From Mytilus californianus (taxonomy: Eukaryota), in the NCBI RefSeq assembly GCF_021869535.1, contig NW_026262734.1, positions 91,326,001 through 91,390,000 on the forward strand: a stretch of DNA of 64,000 nt. The letters run 5' to 3'. Below the pieces are notes generated by a model. That model saw nothing but the letters and a program-made list of their open reading frames with translations. It had not been told where the DNA came from and did no database searches. Positions within the stretch are counted from its first letter, which is position 1, and every line of letters begins with the position of its first letter. Made by a program: the position numbers and the translations under genes. Below are positions 1-13,109 of this stretch, piece by piece.

Positions 1-1650
1 AGTTGGTCCAGTGCTTTAAGTACAAGATTCTTCTGGCACCTGATGGCGTTTAACGATTTCTGGAGGCTTGCGACATGGGAGCACAATCCATAAAGCAAGC
101 ATGGAATGACCAAAACATTCATTGAAACACTTTAGAACTTTTGGCTACCGAGTTAAACACAGACCTGAATGAAAGCAACAATATATAGTTTGAACCTATT
201 AATGACATAGCCATTTCTCAAATCAACATGACACAATTGTTTCTTAGCAGATTCAACTTGTATCTAAACGAAAAGGATGAATCTATGTGCATATAAAAGT
301 GGACAAAATTAATTCTGGTTACGAACTAGAAAAAGGATTTAAAAGGATTGATATCCGACAGAGACCTAAGGACGAAAATACTCAACTATAGGTCGCCGTG
401 CAGCCTTAAATAATGAGCATAATTCACACTGTTAGTAAGACACGAAATAACAACATGTTAAGCAAATCAAACGATAAAACCAAAGGTCAAGATTTATGGA
501 AATACACTAAGAGAAAAATCAATATGTCGATTTCATTAAAATTTGTAATGTTTGTAGTAATGAATATCACAAATTCATTACGATAATCAATCAACTAAAA
601 CTTATTATGAAGGCAACAGATGTATGATGTATTGAACTGGTTCTCCGTCTTTTATCTGTTAGGCTCTATACGGACTATTATTGTCGTTACAGTTCAGCGG
701 TAATATTTCAGAAAAAAAATTCATGTCTACACAAAATTATGAAAAAAAAAACTATAGTATTATGTAACACATACCTATCTTGCAATAATTCTTCTAAATG
801 TAAAGAAAAAAATACTTTGAATATAAGTAAGCAACAACTGTTACAACAAAAACAACTCCCAACTCATCAAGAGCTGAACATACTGTCTTCGAAAATAGAA
901 ATAAATGAGAGTTTTTAATCAACTCGAGTTGCAGAGGAAGATATTGACTGATTATTGTTTGCTTTCTTTATCGAATTGATAAAAGAATCAAATATATATT
1001 AATAAAACAATTGACTGAAGATATCAACGGGACAATCAAAACTCTTAAATGGAAGAACAAAAAACAACAACAAAATGGTACCCCGAACAAACGACGGAAA
1101 GACGGACAATAGTAAAGTTACTGCACACAACATATTAGATTGAACAAGATCAACTCCAGAAAAAACATGGAAGGACAGCAAGTGCTCCAACAGGGTAAGA
1201 GCATCTTAGTCCAAACATTATACTTTAATATGGTTTTGATCATGTGATGTTTCTATTATGAACGAACACTGATAAATAATAAAATCATATTGCAAATTCA
1301 TTGTGTCATATGTTAATCTTTTATAATGTAATCTAAATGAACTTGACCAGTTACCATGACAGTTTACCGTGTCAAGCTATAACTGAACAGGTTTTTTTAA
1401 AAAGTATGTTAAATAAATATATATAGTATAAGGTATTAGTGCATCAAGAATAGTTAACATAAATATTTTTTTTTCATTTCTATGTCATAAAAAAAATCTT
1501 CTTTTGTGAAGTTTAAATACAGATCAAAAGCTGCGCAGATTTTTAATCATTACAGAATATAAATGAATTGCAAAACATTCATAAATCAAATTTGAAACAA
1601 GGTCTAATTTCCTCATAATAGGTTTTTTTCCTCACAGAAACGATACACAA

Positions 1651-2370
1651 TCATTTTTGGTTAATATTAAATAGAAATGCATCACCATTTCATTCGTTAC
1701 AAACCAGCAGACAGTTGCTTGATTTGTCATTAAAAATTGCTCTCGGGTACAACAAGCCATCCTTCACAGTAAGTATTTCTTTATAATGATTACCATGGGA
1801 TATAAATACAACATTGTTAGAGCTATAACAACTTACATACACATTGACAATCTCATCTGTGGTAACTCCGTCAGGCAACCACATCTTATCATAATTAAAC
1901 TTCCATTTGACTGAGCCATACAAGTCACAACAAAAAGTAGTAGAAGAAATTTCATCTATTAATAACAACCTGTTCGAATCAGTTACTAAGCCCTGTAGTT
2001 AATGGTGACCTGGTGATGACGGACATGAAAATGATCGAATTCTATCTCCCTTTAGATTCATTACATCAATAGCGCACTCATTAGAAAAATAGATAAACAG
2101 CAGACCGTTTTGATACGATATCCCTTTGCTGTCATTTCTTATTATAATCTCGTTCTGTACTCGCTCTGTATCGATACTGATTATCACTATCAACGATTTA
2201 TAATATAAGACAGCAACATCCTTGTCGTTTATTACTGTTATACCCCGTGGTTTACCAGACAATTTGATGGCTCGCTCAAACCTTCCTCCTTTTTTGGGTT
2301 ATCAGTCCGTCGGTAACATTACAAAGAAATACTACAAGTTCATCAATGATGACACAATCATTGATGACTT
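1651..2370 (-). pseudogene. TRIM71/TRIM2-like C-terminal NHL/beta-propeller segment, disabled (copy 1)
   Basis: ORFs 1999-2262 and 1690-1968 are in the same frame and join through an in-frame TAA (GHH*LQGLVTDSNRLLLID). Motifs KPRGITVIN, PDGVTTDE..NVYVSCYSSNNVV and DGLLYPRAIF..NKSSNCLLVCN are typical of bivalve TRIM beta-propellers. There is a second stop (TGA at 1690-1692) and a frameshift near 2290 before the VINDCVII segment. Confidence 0.75.
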
Positions 2371-5300
2371 AATTTTTCCTCATAACGGCTGTTTAACCCA
2401 TTGCCACAAATTTTCATTTTACACAATAACCTGGCTGTCACCTGAAGAGGATCGTTATTCGGTGGCTGTTCCTCTGAATAAAAATATTCAAAGTTATTTG
2501 AAAAATTCATTAATATCAAACTGCTGTTCATATAGGACCAATAACAAATAAAAATCATATTTCTAGTCATCGTTGTGAAAACTCCCTTTCGTTTTTTATT
2601 GTTAACACCCGTATCCGTTCGATAACGCGTGTTACTGGAATAATCATCCTCATGTACACAGTTTTTATGGACTTCCCCTTTTGAAATTACCTTGGAATTC
2701 TGAATTTTTGTTGGCAAATATATTACTTTTTAAAGCAATGACTTACAGTAACATATAAATTGTCCGTTTATTATAATTCCACGTGTCTACGAACTTATAT
2801 GTTTTATACAAAAAAATAAATAAATAAAAAAAACAGGTCTAAACTGAATTTCAACTTGTTTAAAACCGAATTTTATCTTCCAGATAGGACATGGAAGTAT
2901 GTATTACGCACACTGTTAGATGTTTAACAAGTTTAATGTTAAAGTTATTGTTATATTTCGTATCTATTATAAATTGAGCAGTTCAGTGTTTCTGTTGTTC
3001 CGTTGCTTTCCTCTTATAATTGATGTTTTTTTCCATATGTTTTGGTTTGTGATCCGGTTTTTTTTTTCGCTTAATCGATTTATGACTATTGAACAGCGGT
3101 ATACTACTTGGGCTTTTATTTAGTATTATTATTAATATAGTAATGACCCGTATAAATTGTGTATATCAAAATAGGTCAGCCTTACAAGGTTATTTCCCAG
3201 AAGGTGCAGGCCGAACTGAAGTAAACTTCAGGGTTGACATTTTAGAATATGCACCGCTTCTAGGGGAATACAATTGTTTTATTATACCGAACTAACAGTA
3301 AAAGTGTCTTTGTGACCATTGAAGATACTTTTTAATGAAGACCTTGAATATATTTTCCTGTAATAAAGTTCAGATTGTAAATATTTTAACGTCAGAGAAT
3401 AATTTGTTGTTTAAAAATGCCTCGTATGTACATCAAAGATAGCCCCTTTCTGAAAAATATTGATGGCCCTCAAAAGGATTGTAATTGAAAACTATCATTG
3501 GCACTAGATGAAATTCTAATGCTTGTTACCTCGTCACTCGATGGACTTTCAATTTGGCCTTTGTCATTTTGTTTACAAACATCAGTGACGTCATTTTGAA
3601 GAGAGATAACTCGTGTATAACATGTTTAAATAGAGACACTCATAGAGTTATTCATTGAATATTGTTATTTTGGGGGCTATTTGTCAAACCTAGCATTTTA
3701 TTGAAAATTAATTATTTAATATCACTTGATACTGTGTTGCCCAACTGAATTGTTCATTATATATGCGAGGTATACCAATAGTTTCATTATCAACAAACAA
3801 GATTATGTGAGACAATAAATTTATAAAACAAACTATTAAACCAGAAGAGAACTCATATTCAAATTATCAAATAAAAATAAGAATGGAAACGGGGAATGTG
3901 TCGAAGAGAAAACAACCCGACCAAATAGCAGAAAACAGCCCAAGGCCACCAATGTTTTTTGTTTAGATGATACTTTTAAGATAGTTGTTAATAAAGAAAA
4001 AGGAGAAAACCTGAAATAGCTGTTGGTGATTTAATGCCAGGTGTAATAAAACGAATGTTTTCCTATTGATCCTGTATTAGTCTTGCTAAAGACGTATCTG
4101 TCACCTTTTGAGGTTATTCTAAGTCGTTGTATAATATAGGTGTTATAAAACTATTGTTTTCATATTGAGACTCTATTATACCCTTGGACAGTCCTATCGT
4201 TTCTTGGTCAGTTGTATTAGCCTTCAACTACACCTCGGGCTAATACAGCTTATTTCAACCTAATGCGACTGTACTTGGACATTATTAGAATCAATATAAA
4301 AATACACATTTCACATGTTTGAAAAACTATTCTCCTGATATGTTATAGCTCCTCCAAGGATTCACTCGATTATTGAGTTGGTCCAGTGCTTTAAGTACAA
4401 GATTCTTCTGGCACCTGATGGCGTTTAACGATTTCTGGAGGCTTGCGACATGGGAGCACAATCCATAAAGCAAGCATGGAATGACCAAAACATTCATTGA
4501 AACACTTTAGAACTTTTGGCTACCGAGTTAAACACAGACCTGAATGAAAGCAACAATATATAGTTTGAACCTATTAATGACATAGCCATTTCTCAAATCA
4601 ACATGAAACAATTGTTTCTTAGCAGATTCAACTTGTATCTAAACGAAAAGAATGAATCTATGTGCATATAAAAGTGGACAAAATTAATTCTGGTTACGAA
4701 CTCGAAAAAGGATTTAAAAGGATTGATATCCGACATAGACCTAAGGACGAAAATACTCAACTATAGGTCGCCGTGCAGCCTTAAATAATGAGCATAATTC
4801 ACACTGTTAGTAAGACACGACATAACAACATGTTAAGCAAATCAAACGATAAAACCAAAGGTCAAGATTTATGGAAATACACTAAGAGAAAAATCAATAT
4901 GTCGATTTCATTAAAATTTGTAATGTTTGTAGTAATGAATATCACAAATTCATTACGATAATCAATCAACTAAAACTTATTATGAAGGCAACAGATGTAT
5001 GATGTATTGAACTGGTTCTCCGTCTTTTATCTGTTAGGCTCTATACGGACTATTATTGTCGTTACAGTTCAGCGGTAATATTTCAGAAAAAAAATTCATG
5101 TCTACACAAAATTATGAAAAAAAACTATAGTATTATGTAACACATACCTATCTTGCAATAATTCTTCTAAATGTAAAGAAAAAAATACTTTGAATATAAG
5201 TAAGCAACAACTGTTACAACAAAAACAACTCCCAACTCATCAAGAGCTGAACATACTGTCTTCGAAAATAGAAATAAATGAGAGTTTTTAATCAACTCGA

Positions 5301-6067
5301 GTTGCAGAGGAAGATATTGACTGATTATTGTTTGCTTTCTTTATCGAATTGATAAAAGAATCAAATATATATTAATAAAACAATTGACTGAAGATATCAA
5401 CGGGAAAATCAAAACTCTTAAATGGAAGAACAAAAAACAACAACAAAATGGTACCCCGAACAAACGACGGAAAGACGGACAATAGTAAAGTTACTGCACA
5501 CAAAATATTAGATTGAACAAGATCAACTCCAGAAAAAAACATGGAAGGACAGCAAGTGCTCCAACAGGGTAAGAGCATCTTAGTTCAAACATTATACTTT
5601 AATATGGTTTTGATCATGTCATTAATGATGTTTCTATTATGAACGAACACTGATAAATAATAAAATCATATTGCAAATTCATTGTGTCATATGTTAATCT
5701 TTTATAATGTAATCTAAATGAACTTGACCAGTTACCATGACAGTTTACCGTGTCAAGCTATAACTGAACAGGTTTTTTTAAAAAGTATATTAAATAAATA
5801 TATATAGTATATGGTATTAGTGCAAACGTCTGAATAACTTCTACAGAGGAAGTCTTCCGCATCAAGAATAGTTAACATAAATATTTTTTTTCATTTCTAT
5901 GTCATAAAAAAAATCTTCTTTTGTGAAGTTTTAATACAGATCAAAAGCTGCGCAGATTTTTAATCATTACAGAATATAAATGAATTGCAAAACATTCATA
6001 AATCAAATTTGAAACAAGGTCTAATTTCCTCATAATAGGTTTTTTTCCTCACAGAAACGATACACAA

Positions 6068-6787
6068 TCATTTTTGGTTAATATTAAATAGAAATGCATC
6101 ACCATTTCATTCGTTACAAACCAGCAGACAGTTGCTTGATTTGTCATTAAAAATTGCTCTCGGGTACAACAAGCCATCCTTCTCAGTAAGTATTTCTTTA
6201 TAATGATTACCATGGGATATAAATACAACATTGTTAGAGCTATAACAACTTACATACACATTGCCAATCTCATCTGTGGTAACTCCGTCAGGCAACCACA
6301 TCTTATCATAATTAAACTTCCATTTGACTGAGCCATACAAGTCACAACAAAAAGTAGTAGAAGAAATTTCATCTATTAATAACAACCTGTTCGAATCAGT
6401 TACTAAGCCCTGTAGTTAATGGTGACCTGGTGATGACGGACATGAAAATGATCGGATTCTATCTCCCTTTAGATTCATTACATCAATAGCGCACTCATTA
6501 GAAAAATAGATAAACAGCAGACCGTTTTGATACGATATCCCTTTGCTGTCATTTCTTATTATAATCTCGTTCTGTACTCGCTCTGTATCGATACTGATTA
6601 TCACTATCAACGATTTATAATATAAGACAGCAACATCCTTGTCGTTTATTACTGTTATACCCCGTGGTTTACCAGACAATTTGATGGCTCGCTCAAACCT
6701 TCCTCCTTTTTTGGATTATCAGTCCGTCGGTAACATTACAAAGAAATACTACAAGTTCATCAATGATGACACAATCATTGATGACTG
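6068..6787 (-). pseudogene. TRIM71/TRIM2-like NHL segment, disabled (copy 2)
   Basis: Near-identical to 1651-2370 and carries the same two stops and the same frameshift. Confidence 0.75.
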
Positions 6788-9409
6788 AATTTTTCTCCAT
6801 AACGGCTGTTTAACCCATTGCCACAAATTTTCATTTTACACAATAACCTGGCTGTCACCTGAAGAGGATCGTTATTCGGTGGCTGTTCCTCTGAATAAAA
6901 ATATTCAAAGTTATTTGAAAAATGCATTAATATCAAACTGCTGTTCATATAGGACCAATAACAAATAAAAATCATATTTCTAGTCATCGTTGTGAAAACT
7001 CCCTTTCGTTTTTAATTGTTAACACCCGTATGATACCGTGTTCCGTTCGATAACGCGTGTAACTGGAATAATCATCCTCATGTACACAGTTTTTATGGAC
7101 TTCCCCTTTTGTAATTACCTTGGAATTCTGAATTTTTGTTGGCAAATATATTACTTTTTAAACCAATGACTTACAGTAACATATAAATTGTCCGTTTATT
7201 ATAATTCCACGTGTCTAAGAACTTATATGTTTTATACAAAAAAAAAATAAATAAATAAAAAACAGGTCTAAACTGAATTTCAACTTGTTTAAAACCGAAT
7301 TTTATCTTCCAGATAGGACATGGAAGTATGTATTACGCACACTGTTAGATGTTTAACAAGTTTAATGTTAAAGTTGTTATTATATTTCGTATCTATTATA
7401 AATTGAGCAGTTCAGTGTTTCTGTTGTTCCGTTGCTTTCCTCTTATAATTGATGTTTTTTTCCATATGTTTTGGTTTGTGATCCGGATTTTTTTTTTCGC
7501 TTAATCGATTTATGACTATGGAACAGCGGTATACTACTTGGGCTTTTATTTAGTATTATTATTTATATAGTAATGACCCGTATAAATTGTGTATATCAAA
7601 ATAGGTCAGCCTTACAAGGTTATTTCCCAGAAGGTGCAGGCCGAACTGAAGTAAAATTCAGGGTTGACATTTTAGAATATGCACCGCTTCTAGGGGAATA
7701 CAATTGTTTTATTATTCCGAACTAACAGTAAAAGTGTCTTTGTGACCATTGAAGATACCTTTAAATGAAGACCTTGAATATATTTTCCTGTAATAAAGTT
7801 CAGATTGTAAATATTTTAACGTCAGAGAATAATTTGTTGTTTAAAAATGCCTCGTATGTACATCAAAGATAGCCCTTTCTGAAAAATATTGATGGCCCTC
7901 AAAAGGATTTTAATTGAAAACTATCATCGGCACTAGATGAAATTCTAATGCTTGTTACCTCGTCACTCGATGGACTTTCAATTTGGCCTTTGTCATTTTG
8001 TTTACAAACATCAGTGACGTCATTTTGAAGAGAGATAACTCGTGTATAACATGTTTAAATAGAGACACTCATAGAGTTATTCATTGAATATTGTTATTTT
8101 GGGGGCTATTTGTCAAACCTAGCATTTTATTGAAAATTAATTAAATAATATCACTTGATACTGTGTTGCCCAACTGAATTGTTCATTATATATGCGAGGT
8201 ATACCAATAGTTTCATTATCAACAAACAAGATTATGTGAGACAATAAATTTATAAAACAAACTATTAAACCAGAACAGACCTCATATTCAAATTATCGAA
8301 TAAAAATAAGAATGGAAACGGAGAATGTGTCGAAGAGAAAACAACCCGACCAAAGAGCAGATTACAGCCCAAGGCCACCAATGCTTTTTGTTTAGATGAT
8401 ACTTTTCAGATGGTTGTTAATAAAGAAAAAGGAGAAAACCTGAAATAGCTGTTGGTGATTTAATGCCAGGTGTAATAAAACGAATGTTTTCCTATTGATC
8501 CTGTATTAGTCTTGCTAAAGACGTATCTGTCACCTTTTGAGGTTATTTTAAGTCGTTGTATAATATAGGTGTTATAAAACTAGTGTTTTCATATTGAGCC
8601 TCTATTATACCCTTGGACAGTCCTATCGTTTCTTGGTCAGTTGTATTAGCCTTCAGCTACACCTCGGGCTAATACAGCTTATTTCAACCTAATGCGACTG
8701 TACTTGGACATTAATAGAATTAATATAAAAATACACATTTCACATGTTTGAAAAACTATAGTGATTAATTTATCTATAAATTAATAAAAAATTATCCTGA
8801 AATGAATTCAAATATAGCTATCGCATTGTTTTTTTTTTTGTATCAGGTGTATTTCTGAGTACACGAGGAAAGACTCCCTTTTCACTATCTTAATTCAAAT
8901 TTACAATCTCAGTGTATAGTTATCATCTCATCTGTCAGTATATAATTGCTTTTTATTGACATGTCTAAGTTTGTTTTGATTTATTAGATGCAATGTCATT
9001 TTTACATCATACATTTATTTACTTGGGCAGACCCTGTTTCTGTAACGTTTTTTTGCCAAATCGATATATAAATCACAAGACATTATTGCTTCAGATGATA
9101 TGGCCATACATGTTGAAACCTTTGAGCCACGTAGTAGCCATTATTTTTGATGATCACCTATCAAATAAGATAACTGACTGTGAGATAACATCGAGCAGCT
9201 TTATTTATATATTCTTCATAAAAGTATGAAAAGCATTTAAGGTTAAGGTAAATAATACCGGAAAGCAAAAAAAATATGAAACTACGGTCGAAAAATAACG
9301 GCAATGACAAACCACATTTTGCTACGTAATGATTTCAGATACAACCAAAAACACCATTTGTTCAGAGAACAATTGGAGGTATTTCCACCCTAAATGCTTA
9401 CATATTTTG

Positions 9410-11200
9410 ATATGGGAATATTAAAAGCCGGTTCAAAATATCAATTCTGGTGTCAGAAGATAGCTGTTCCTATACACTTTTGTTTAAAATAAGGGAGATA
9501 ATTTGTTACTTATGGGTTAGAAAATTTAAATTCCAGTCTCAGATGATAGCTTTATTTACACTGCTTCCAAAAAAAAAAGTAGTTTCTAGATAATTCTACC
9601 AGAAATGAAAGAGATAAATTCCAATTTCCGGTTTAGAAAATTTCACTTCCGGTGTTATATAATAGTTGTATTTACACTGATTCCAAAAAAAATATATGGT
9701 TTCTGTATAATTTTGCCTTTAAAAAGGGAGATAGTCAACTACTTCCGGTTTATTGTAGGTAATATCTGGTCTTGAATCATTGGTTTATGTATGCCTGTTT
9801 AAAAATATATGGTTTCTAGGTATTTCTCCATGAAATCAGTGCAAACATAGCTACTTCCGGTTTACTCAAGGCTCAATATCGGTTGACATTTTTCTAGGTC
9901 ATATGCCACCCTACATTTTGCAAGAGACTCTATGGCTATATAAAGTACCAAGTTGAATTAATAATTAATTAACCTAAATTTTAAACATTTCAGAGGCAAT
10001 AACTCCTTAAGTATGTCATTGGATTGTTTCAGACCATATGTATCATATCTTCATCACATTTAGGCAAACATTTTGCACCAGTTCTTTTATACATTTCTAA
10101 AAAATGTCAGAGGAGATCATAAAAACAAGGAAAAGTCAAAAATGAGAACACGAACTTGACCGTTGATCTTGACCCCAAGTTCATTTTTTTGTGACCAGGG
10201 AACCTAAATAAAAAAACATATTTTTGTCTAACCCGAATAATTCAGTCCCTCCCCGTAATCGATCTCTCCTACTTGCGAGGGCCTGAATTCCTTACACGAT
10301 AAAAACTCTTTACAAATCCTGGATTTTGATTGTTGCCCTGTAGAAGAGGTGACCAATCAACAATTAGCTCAATTTTATCGAGATAGGTAAATCCCGAGCT
10401 AATTCCGAATGATTGATTGAAGATTTTTCATTGTCAATGCATTCAGGCGTTAATGGAGTAATCGTAGATCAGCGGAATATAACGACTGAATTATTCGGGT
10501 AAATTTTTGTCTGAAATAAGGGAGATACTTTGCTATATCCGGTTTAGAAAACGCTATTTCAGGTCTCATATGATAGCTTTATTAACACTGATTCCAAAAA
10601 TATGGTTTCTATATATTTTTCATTCAAATAAGGGAGATATTCGCCAACATCCGGTTTATAAAAATATCAATTCCGGTCTCATATGATAGCTGAATTTACA
10701 CTTATTCCAAAAATATATAGTTTCTATATTCCTTTGTCTGTGATTAGGGAAATAAGTAGCTACTTCCGCTTTATTGGAGGTCACCTCTGGTCGAAATGAT
10801 AGGCTTTATGGCTTTATCATTTACCAAGTTAAGGTAATAGTCAACTAACCATAAATTAAAACATTTCAGGGGCAATAACACCTAAAAGATGTCATTGGAT
10901 TGTTTCATACCAAATGTATCATATCTTCGTCAATAAAAAAAACAAACATTTGCAATAATTTTTATATATATATATTTTTCAAAGTGTCAAAGGAGATCGT
11001 TAAACAAGTAAAGGTCAAAACTTAGAACATGACCTTGAATTTTGACATTTACCTAAAATTCATGTTTGTGAACTAAGGACCTCAAATCCAAATATCTTAG
11101 TTCTCTATAACTTACCCTTCATGCAATACATCAATATATAACTTTTGTCAAATACAAAAGGGGAAATAACTTTCATATGAAATCTCCGTATCTTTTTTGT
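9410..11200. repeat. Degenerate non-autonomous element with ~110-125-bp subrepeats, itself duplicated (9410-10230 vs 10500-11200)
   Basis: The unit aagggagata..ttccggtttagaaa..ttccggtctcatatgatagc..tttacactgattccaaaaa..tggtttcta recurs about 7 times. The block taccaagtt..aaacatttcagrggcaataac..atgtcattggattgtttca is shared at ~9945 and ~10822. Confidence 0.75.
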
Positions 11201-11544
11201 CAAAATTTGACAAATGAAGGCAACAGTTGTATACCGCTATTCAAAAGTGATAAATCGATTAAGATAAAAAAAAATCTAGGTTACAAACTAAAACCGAGCG
11301 AAACACTTCAACTTTAAGAGAAAAACAACTTTTCTTTTACGGTTACGGAGTAGATGCAACCACAAGGAAAACAGTAATTTTTAAAGTAAACTGTGATATC
11401 ATATACCAAACATCATAGCGACAACTTGCAAAATAAACTTTACACGTAAGAAAATATAAATGGCGCAAAAAGAAAAAAAACATTAATACATATAAATCAA
11501 ACTTTTAAAAAACAATTGTAAGCGGTAATTCCCCTCTGAAACAT

Positions 11545-11930
11545 GATTGACTGATTGGTTTGTTGGTTGGTTGGTTGTTTTATTGATTGATTGGTGGTCG
11601 GTTGTTAACCGAAAAATCACATTGGATTGATCCTGTAGAAAAGAAGCGAAAAACAAATGGAGATCCATCATCTCTATTAAACACATGGACCGGAGACCTG
11701 CATGATTGATTAGTTGATTGATTGATTTATTGCGTTGGTTGACCGAAAAAACAAATTGGATTGAGCCTTTAGGAACAAACGAAAAACAAAGGGAGATTTC
11801 TCATCCCCCATGAAACACATGGACCAGACACCTGCATGATTGATTAGTTGATTTATTTGTTGGTTAGTTGGTTGGTTTATTGATTGATTAGTTGATTGAT
11901 TGAATGATTGATTAAAACTATGCTTAGCAC
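11545..11930. repeat. Compound repeat: two ~135-bp units separated by (GATT)n/(GGTT)n tracts
   Basis: accgaaaaa..attggattga..cgaaaaacaaa..aaacacatggacc..acctgcatgattgattagttgatt occurs at ~11608 and ~11742. Confidence 0.85.
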
Positions 11931-13109
11931 TTTCTCTATGCGAGGCAGCGGATTTAACGTCCATATTCTGACCGAACGTGGATGAGTATTTATACATCCC
12001 GCACAGCCAAACAGACGCATTGGATTTCCTATGTATGCATTTTTATTAAGAGTTTGTAGGAAAACTGAGTAACATTTTGTGTAGGAAGTTTCACTTTCTA
12101 TATTTGGATGAGTGAAATTATTTATACCAATTTTCTTATTAAGAAGCTTTAGAAACCATATCAACTCAAGTTTACAAACTATTTTATAAACACCAAACAA
12201 AAAAGGTATCGTGTTTTGGAACGCCCAAGATATATGTTTATGACGCAGATTTTTTCTGCAAAGAAATGCAGGATGAATTTCCTTCAATCGTCAAATTCAA
12301 GGGAATATTGTGTTTCGACACTTTTTCGTATGATACCGGATGTGACGTAATATGTCTTGGTAATATTTTACCTACAAATATACAATTATAATGTCTTTAC
12401 ATAAGAAAACAATAATATTACAACTATTGGTTGAGTGAAATGTTATGTTTTTGTATGTGTGATAGATGGACTAATGAGCATACGCAGCGTAACAGTGAAC
12501 CAATCATTACATTTATGTATGCTGCCCTGCTTTATATATTCAGATAACACTATATGCTGAGTTGTCCGTTACATGTTTCCACCTAGGTTAAAAAATTGAG
12601 TGTTAAGAAATGTCAAATTGTATGAAAAAGATGTACTTTTTGACGACTTGAAGATCGAAATACAGGTCTACGCTTGTGAATAAATATCCCATTTCTTGGA
12701 ATTTTTATGTTGAATTTTAAATTACAAATGATAAAATATGAAACCAAAAGTGAAATTTGTAAATTGAGTGCTGAATGTTACAATCCGACCACCGATTTCG
12801 AATGATGAATTTAAAAAATAACCAAAAAATAAATATATAATCAAATGTCATGAATCATGAATGTGTAAGTACAATATATAATATTGAATTAATATTATAT
12901 ATTGTACCTTATGGAATGGACATACACTTACATGTATTAAGCAAATTTACATATTTATGTAAGATTTTTGTGGGGTTTTTTTTATTGTTGAATATGATAT
13001 TCGTTTAATTGTATTACATTTGAAAAGAATACTGCTTGGCTTTGCACTTTTGTCTTTTTATCGTGATTGTGTCTGTTTTCCTCACATTTAAATCAATTAC
13101 ATATTTTCC

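Larger units (their letters stand above)
1..8759. repeat. Head-to-tail tandem segmental duplication, unit ~4.4 kb (copy 1 from before window start to 4330; copy 2 4331-8759)
   Basis: Sequence at 1 (agttggtccagtgctttaagtacaag) recurs at 4376. Both copies end in cacatgtttgaaaaactat (4330 and 8759). The same ORFs appear twice in the track. The copies differ by scattered SNPs and small indels, e.g. a 37-bp insert at ~5822-5858 and an 11-bp insert near 7031. Confidence 0.97.

Noticed and set aside
999-1190. Short ORFs in dispersed repeats (also 5372-5578, 28553-28756, 43718-44041, 54194-54415 and many others of 60-100 aa)
   Set aside because: They coincide with non-coding repeat tails or low-complexity AT-rich DNA and have no domain signal.
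3180-3590. Protein-like frames on both strands inside the duplicated unit
   Set aside because: Frequent stops and no recognisable motif.
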